Positions 27,320 to 32,000 of a stretch of DNA of 32,000 nucleotides are shown here, piece after piece. The position numbers and the translations under genes are program-made. The DNA is from Edaphobacter aggregans (GTDB lineage Bacteria > Acidobacteriota > Terriglobia > Terriglobales > Acidobacteriaceae). The stretch lies in contig NZ_RSDW01000001.1 of assembly GCF_003945235.1 (NCBI RefSeq), forward strand, positions 3,630,001 through 3,662,000, given 5' to 3'. Numbering within the stretch: the first letter of the stretch is position 1; every line of letters starts with the position of its first letter. The notes under the pieces are model-generated. The model did not search any database and was not told where the DNA came from. It worked only from the letters and a program-made list of their open reading frames with translations.

Positions 27320-28549
27320 TCAATCAAACTTGCGAAGTGCGAGGACCGCGTTGAGGCCTCCGAAGGCGAGGGAGTTGGAGAGGGCGATGGGTCGGAGGGG
27401 ATCGAAGGGGCGGGTCTCTTTGGTGATGACGTCGAGGTTGAGAGTGGCGTCAACGTCGGTGACGCCGTAGGTGAAGGGAAGCTGATTGTGGTGGAGCGCC
27501 AGGACCGTAGCCAGGGCTTCGATGGCTCCGGTGGCGCCGATGGAGTGGCCGTGGAGGCTTTTGGTGGAGCTAATGGGGACTGTGGGGGCGATGTCGGGGC
27601 CGAGAGCTTTGTGGATGGCTTCGGCTTCGGTGGAGTCGTTGGCCGTGGTGCCGGTGCCGTGGGCGTTGATGTAGCCGACCTCGGAGGGTGAGGCGTTGGC
27701 GTCTTTGAGTGCGGTGCGGATGGCCTTGGCGGCTCCGTCCGAGTAGGGCTGGGTGATGTGGTGGGCGTCGGCGGACATGCCGAAGCCGACGATCTCGGCG
27801 TAGATGGTGGCGTTACGGGCCTGGGCGCTTTCGAGGGTTTCGAGGGTGAACATGGCGGCGCCTTCGCCTAGGGTCATGCCGTCGCGGTCGGCGGAGAAGG
27901 GGCGGCAGAGGGTGGGGGAGACGACTCTCATGCTGTCCCAGGCGCGGAGGAAGCCGAAGGTTAGGGGGGCATCGTGGCCGCCGGCGACGGCTGCGGAGAC
28001 CATTTCGGAGCGAACCATGTGAAAGGCCATGCCGATGGCGTGGGTTCCGGAGGCGCAGGCGGTTGAGATGGTGAGGACAGGGCCGGTGATGCCGAGGTCG
28101 ATGGAGACGTGGCTGGCTCCGGCGTTGGCCATGGTGCGGACGACGGTGAGGGGGTGGGCTCGGGCGTCTCGGAGGTAGAGATTGGCGAGCTGGGGCTCTT
28201 CGGCCTGACGGCCAGCGCAGGAGCAGCCGAGGATGATTGCGGTGTCTTCGGGGGCGTGGGCCTGGAGGAGGCCGCTGTGCTCGACAGCGTTACGGGCGGC
28301 GACGATCCCGAGCTGGGCGGCGCGCTCGGTGGCGGTGGCTGTGCCGGTGGACATGTACTGGAGAGGGTCGAAATCGACGACCTGGGCCATCTGGGTGAAA
28401 CGAACGCCGGGATGGCCTGCGGGGGCCGTCGGGAAGGGCCCGATGGGGGCGATTCCAGTGATGCCGGAGAAGAGGGAATGGCGGAAGTCGTCGACGGTAT
28501 TGCCGATGGGAGTGATGCAGCCTAAACCTGTAATAACGACACGATTCAC
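27320..28549 (-). CDS. beta-ketoacyl-ACP synthase, KAS I/II (FabF-like) type
   Basis: VVITGLGCITPIG N-terminus. Cys-His-His triad contexts are ISTACASG, SADAHHIT and INAHGTGT. GTG start with GAGGAG upstream. Confidence 0.9.
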   Translation of the reverse strand: MNRVVITGLGCITPIGNTVDDFRHSLFSGITGIAPIGPFPTAPAGHPGVRFTQMAQVVDFDPLQYMSTGTATATERAAQLGIVAARNAVEHSGLLQAHAPEDTAIILGCSCAGRQAEEPQLANLYLRDARAHPLTVVRTMANAGASHVSIDLGITGPVLTISTACASGTHAIGMAFHMVRSEMVSAAVAGGHDAPLTFGFLRAWDSMRVVSPTLCRPFSADRDGMTLGEGAAMFTLETLESAQARNATIYAEIVGFGMSADAHHITQPYSDGAAKAIRTALKDANASPSEVGYINAHGTGTTANDSTEAEAIHKALGPDIAPTVPISSTKSLHGHSIGATGAIEALATVLALHHNQLPFTYGVTDVDATLNLDVITKETRPFDPLRPIALSNSLAFGGLNAVLALRKFD

Positions 28550-28583
28550 GTCGACTGGATCTCCTCGAAGTAGAGCAGTGGAG

Positions 28584-28847
28584 CTAAGGTGTGGCCACGT
28601 TGGCTGGAGGCTTGTTTTCGCGGAGTTGGTGGACGCCGCGTACGACGTCGCCTACGGTCTTGAGGGTGCCGAGTGCGTCGTCTGGGATTTCAATATTGAA
28701 GGTTTCTTCGACTTCGAAGGAGATGTTGATCTTATCGAGAGAGTCAATGTTGAGCTCCTCGAAGGTGGTGTCGAGGTTGATCGAGTCGGCAGGGATGTTC
28801 TTTGATTTGGCGATGATCTCAATGCAGCGCTTCTCGATGTCGTCCAT
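28584..28847 (-). CDS. acyl carrier protein (stand-alone)
   Basis: 87 aa with the phosphopantetheine-attachment context LNIDSLDKINI and an acidic helical pattern. Confidence 0.85.
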   Translation of the reverse strand: MDDIEKRCIEIIAKSKNIPADSINLDTTFEELNIDSLDKINISFEVEETFNIEIPDDALGTLKTVGDVVRGVHQLRENKPPANVATP

Positions 28848-28936
28848 AAGGCTTACCGCTTTCTCGTGTGGTGTCAGCTCAACTTACAAGGATGCCTGTG
28901 CCAGTGTAAAGGCAGCTTGTTAACCGCTGAGCTACT

Positions 28937-30079
28937 TTAGTTGGAGAGAAAGCACAGTATGGAGGCGAGGAGGCCGCTAGCTCCGGCCAGACGCACCGGT
29001 GGATGACCGATGTGGACCTGAAGGAGATGGGAGAAAAGGGCGGGTCTGCGCTGGAATGTGCCGAGGGTGCGGGTGCGAAGAGCGGGGTGGGTGTCCATTA
29101 GGAGCATGGTGCGGGACATGAGCCGTGGGAGACGGTGGATCTTCCGATGGGCGCGCTCGTAGGCGGGGAGATTTTCGGTTTTGAGGGCCTGGGCGAGGGC
29201 CAGGGCCTGACGGAAGCAGAGGGCGAGGCCTTCGCCGGTAACTGCATCGACGGAGCCGGAGGCGTCACCGATGAGGGCGATGTTTCCAGAGGTGACCCGG
29301 TGAAGGCGGCGAGTCAGAGTGATAGAGCCGAGGGGGGTGTCGGTGGGTGGGGCGGATGCGAGACGGACTCTCAGGGCGGGGAAGAGGCTCAGGGCTTGCT
29401 GAATACTGGAAAATTTCTCGGTGGCTACAAAGGCGACGCAGATTTCGCTGGACGAGATGGGGGTGACATAGGCCTGGGCGCGGTTGGTCCAGTAGACCTC
29501 GACAAAGTCGGTCCAGGGGGCGACGCTGAAGTGCTGGCGTAAGCCGATGCGGCGGGAGCTGGTGGTGGCCCTTTCGAGGCTGGCGCAGACGCGGATGCGG
29601 GATTGGGGGCCGTCGGCGCCGACGATCCAGCGGGAACGGAAGTTTTGTTGGTTCGTGTGGACTTGGTTGTCGTCGATCCGCCGGACTACAGTCTGCCAGC
29701 GGAATTGGACTCCGAGGTCGACGGCGCGGTTGAGGAGGAGCTGATGGAGGAGAGTGCGACGGATGCCGCGACCCAGGCCAGCCGGGAAGGCGGCTTCGCT
29801 CGTGGTGGAGTCGCCTAGAAAACGGATTCCACGAAGGAGTGAGCCTTCGGCTGAATCAATGGTGATGCCGAGTTCGGAGAGCGTGGCCAGAGCGTCGGGC
29901 AGGAGGCCTTCGCCACATGCTTTGTCGATGGGTGGCTTCATACCGTCGGCGATTGTGACTTGCAGGCCCTGCGCGGCGGCGGCGATGGCACAGGCTAAAC
30001 CGGCTGGTCCTGCACCGGCAATGAATACGTCGGATTCCGTGATGGCTGAAGGTCGATTTGCGAGATGGCTAACGTTCAT
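28937..30079 (-). CDS. FAD-dependent oxidoreductase, geranylgeranyl-reductase family
   Basis: FIAGAGPAGLACA dinucleotide fold, DKACGEGL, VGADGPQSRIR and IGDASGSVDAVTGEGL motifs. Hydrophobic C-terminal tail. Confidence 0.8.
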   Translation of the reverse strand: MNVSHLANRPSAITESDVFIAGAGPAGLACAIAAAAQGLQVTIADGMKPPIDKACGEGLLPDALATLSELGITIDSAEGSLLRGIRFLGDSTTSEAAFPAGLGRGIRRTLLHQLLLNRAVDLGVQFRWQTVVRRIDDNQVHTNQQNFRSRWIVGADGPQSRIRVCASLERATTSSRRIGLRQHFSVAPWTDFVEVYWTNRAQAYVTPISSSEICVAFVATEKFSSIQQALSLFPALRVRLASAPPTDTPLGSITLTRRLHRVTSGNIALIGDASGSVDAVTGEGLALCFRQALALAQALKTENLPAYERAHRKIHRLPRLMSRTMLLMDTHPALRTRTLGTFQRRPALFSHLLQVHIGHPPVRLAGASGLLASILCFLSN

Positions 30080-30341
30080 CCGACCTGTTCTCGAGGATAT
30101 TCAGCGAAAATTTTTGACAGCGCAACGGATGTAGTACAGGAGCTCAACATTGCAGTTTGACCCTAAGGAGTAGGAAATAGGAAGCGTTCCGACGCAAAGA
30201 TACTGAAAAAAGACAAGATGCTTACATAACGGAGACGCAGTCATGCTTTACCGCGCGAATAAGTCGTCGGTGGGTGAGCAGAACGATATTTGGCTGGAAC
30301 TGCCGCGGTGTAGTTCGAGGCTTACGCCAGAAGTCAGACGC

Positions 30342-30357
30342 GCCGGCAAATGCCGGC
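30342..30357 (-). terminator. weak hairpin immediately after the type III PKS stop
   Basis: GCCGGC-aaat-GCCGGC lies 5 nt after the stop, with no U-tract. It is a possible processing or pause site rather than a classical terminator. Confidence 0.25.
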
Positions 30358-30361
30358 TTCT

Positions 30362-31438
30362 TCACCACTGAAGGAGGACGAGTTCGGAGCAGAAGGCCGG
30401 GCCCATGGCGGCGAGGATGCTGTAACAGCCAGGGGTTCCGGGGTGGTTGAGGAGGTAGTCCTCCATGACGGCGAGGACGGAGGCGGCGGATAGATTGCCA
30501 ACCTCGCGGAGGCTCTTCCATGAGGGAGCGAGAGCGTTGGGCGGAAGGTTGAGGGTGTTCTCCATAGCTTCGAGAACTTTGGGGCCGCCGCTGTGGAAGA
30601 TGTAGCTGCAGATGCGGTCCATGGAGAGATTGTTGTCGCTGAGGAAGGCTTCGACGTCACCGCGGAGATTCTCGTTGACGACTTTGGGGACTTCTGGGGA
30701 GAGGACGATCTTGAAGCCGGTGTCGGTGATGTCCCAGCCCATGATGCGCTCGGTGTTGCGGTAGAAGGTGGAGCGAGTAGAGACGACGCGAGGCGCGGGC
30801 TGCTCGATGCTGGTGGGGCGCTTGCCTAGAGGGGTGTCGGCCCCGGCCATGATGACGGCAGCGGCGCCGTCGCCGAAGAGGCCGCAGGAGATGAGGTTGG
30901 CGATGGACTGGTCATCGTCCTGCCAGGTGAGGGAACAAAGCTCGACGGAGAGCAAGAGGACATATTGGTCCGGGAAGGCGCGGACGTAGTCGGCGGCACG
31001 GGCAATGCCTGCTGCTCCAGCGACGCAGCCAAGGCCGAAGATCGGCGTGCGCTTGACGTTGACGGGGAAGGGCATCCGGTTGATGAGACGTGCATCGACG
31101 GTGGGGCTGGAGATGCCGGTGACAGAGGCGAAGAAGATGGCGGAGATGTCGGCGGCGGTGAGGCCTACGCGTTCGAGGGCAGTGGTGATGGCTTGCTCGC
31201 CGAGGTCGACGGCGGCTTTGATCCAGGCGTCGTTGGTCTTGGTGAAGGTGTCGAGGGTGGGGTAGGTCTCGAGGGGGAAGACGATGTTGCGGAACTCGAC
31301 ACCGCAGTTGGCGTGGAGGCGGTTGAGGAGCCGGGGCTCCTCCATTTTGTGCTGCCAGCGATTTCGGAGGGCCTCGGTGATGACTGCCTGTGGATAGCGA
31401 TGGGGCGGATATGCCGTGCCGACAGAGGCGATGCGCAT
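30362..31438 (-). CDS. type III polyketide synthase (chalcone/stilbene synthase superfamily)
   Basis: 358 aa. Catalytic Cys in FGLGCVAGAAG, His in IFHSGGPKV and Asn in VGNLSAASV. C-terminal GPAFCSELVLLQW* is typical of bacterial T3PKS. Confidence 0.9.
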   Translation of the reverse strand: MRIASVGTAYPPHRYPQAVITEALRNRWQHKMEEPRLLNRLHANCGVEFRNIVFPLETYPTLDTFTKTNDAWIKAAVDLGEQAITTALERVGLTAADISAIFFASVTGISSPTVDARLINRMPFPVNVKRTPIFGLGCVAGAAGIARAADYVRAFPDQYVLLLSVELCSLTWQDDDQSIANLISCGLFGDGAAAVIMAGADTPLGKRPTSIEQPAPRVVSTRSTFYRNTERIMGWDITDTGFKIVLSPEVPKVVNENLRGDVEAFLSDNNLSMDRICSYIFHSGGPKVLEAMENTLNLPPNALAPSWKSLREVGNLSAASVLAVMEDYLLNHPGTPGCYSILAAMGPAFCSELVLLQW

Positions 31439-31580
31439 GCTTATGAGGACCCTTTTCGATTACGTGAAGATAAATTGCATTTACCACAGCCAGCCAATCG
31501 TGATCGGCCAGGGAGTGCATCCAGCGTACACGCTGAGTTGAATTTGGTGTGGGATATCTAGTGGGCGGGTGAGAAGAAGG

Positions 31581-32000
31581 CTAATGGATGCGTGAGAGCT
31601 CCTGGGCGTAGAGGGTGTTTTGGGGGTATTCCTTTGAGAGAGCGGTGAGGATGTCGCGGGCTTCCTGGGGGCGGTTGTCGCGGAGGGCGGCGACGGCGAG
31701 CATCATGCGGGCGAAGGGGGCGAGGTAGTGGCCCTTCTCGGCGGTGAGGTGAAGGAGACGGAGACCCTCTTCGCGGCTGGTGGAGGCCCCAGAGAAGCTG
31801 AGAAGCCAGCGGAGGGGTGCCCATTTGAGGCTGAGCATGTAGTTTTCGACGCCGCTGGCAAGGTGGGCGTCGTAGAGGGTAGGGTCGGCGGCGAGGGCCT
31901 GTTTGGAGTACGCGCTGGCCTCCTTGCTGTAGTTCAGGGCGGCGAGGTCGCGCTTTTCGATCATGAGGGCGTAGTCGGAGCGCATGCCGGAGACGAGGGT
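31581..32000 (-). CDS. hypothetical helical-repeat (TPR-like) protein, partial (frame stays open to the window end)
   Basis: The frame is open from the window edge to the stop at 31581. Helical, Ala/Leu-rich sequence (...RPQEARDILTALSKEYPQNTLYAQELSRIH*). Lies 142 nt upstream of the T3PKS gene on the same strand. Confidence 0.5.
   Translation of the reverse strand, partial: TLVSGMRSDYALMIEKRDLAALNYSKEASAYSKQALAADPTLYDAHLASGVENYMLSLKWAPLRWLLSFSGASTSREEGLRLLHLTAEKGHYLAPFARMMLAVAALRDNRPQEARDILTALSKEYPQNTLYAQELSRIH

Overview
GC-rich chromosomal segment. By inference it comes from an Acidobacteriota (Terriglobia-like) genome, based on four PEP-CTERM genes, a very large CarboxypepD_reg/TonB-type outer-membrane protein and the intergenic repeat family; no rRNA or other marker is present to confirm this. 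Confident housekeeping genes are glmS (10103-12103, -) and an ackA-phosphoketolase operon (18169-21873, +). The rest is mostly envelope, secreted or regulatory: MliC-like protein, pentapeptide-repeat protein, GNAT, two DoxX-type membrane proteins, DUF1801 protein, Gly-zipper lipoprotein, wHTH-TPR regulator, MscS-family channel, YVTN beta-propeller and an ECF sigma factor. Three things stand out. (1) A compact minus-strand biosynthetic cluster (27320-31438) combines a type III PKS, a geranylgeranyl-reductase-family flavoenzyme, a stand-alone ACP and a KAS I/II ketosynthase; I do not recognise this layout from characterised type III PKS loci. (2) A structured ~90-bp repeat family has seven copies between 3.3 and 12.3 kb, all in one orientation. 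Each abuts or overlaps the stop codon of a minus-strand ORF, and hairpin arms show compensatory changes between copies. (3) The ECF sigma gene is interrupted by an in-frame TGA (context TGA-C) followed by 42 more coding-like codons. I also see gene decay: a frameshifted PEP-CTERM gene, a DUF1801 remnant and a sedolisin pro-domain-only ORF. No tRNA, rRNA, CRISPR array, transposase or integrase was seen. All family assignments come from motif recognition by eye, not database searches.
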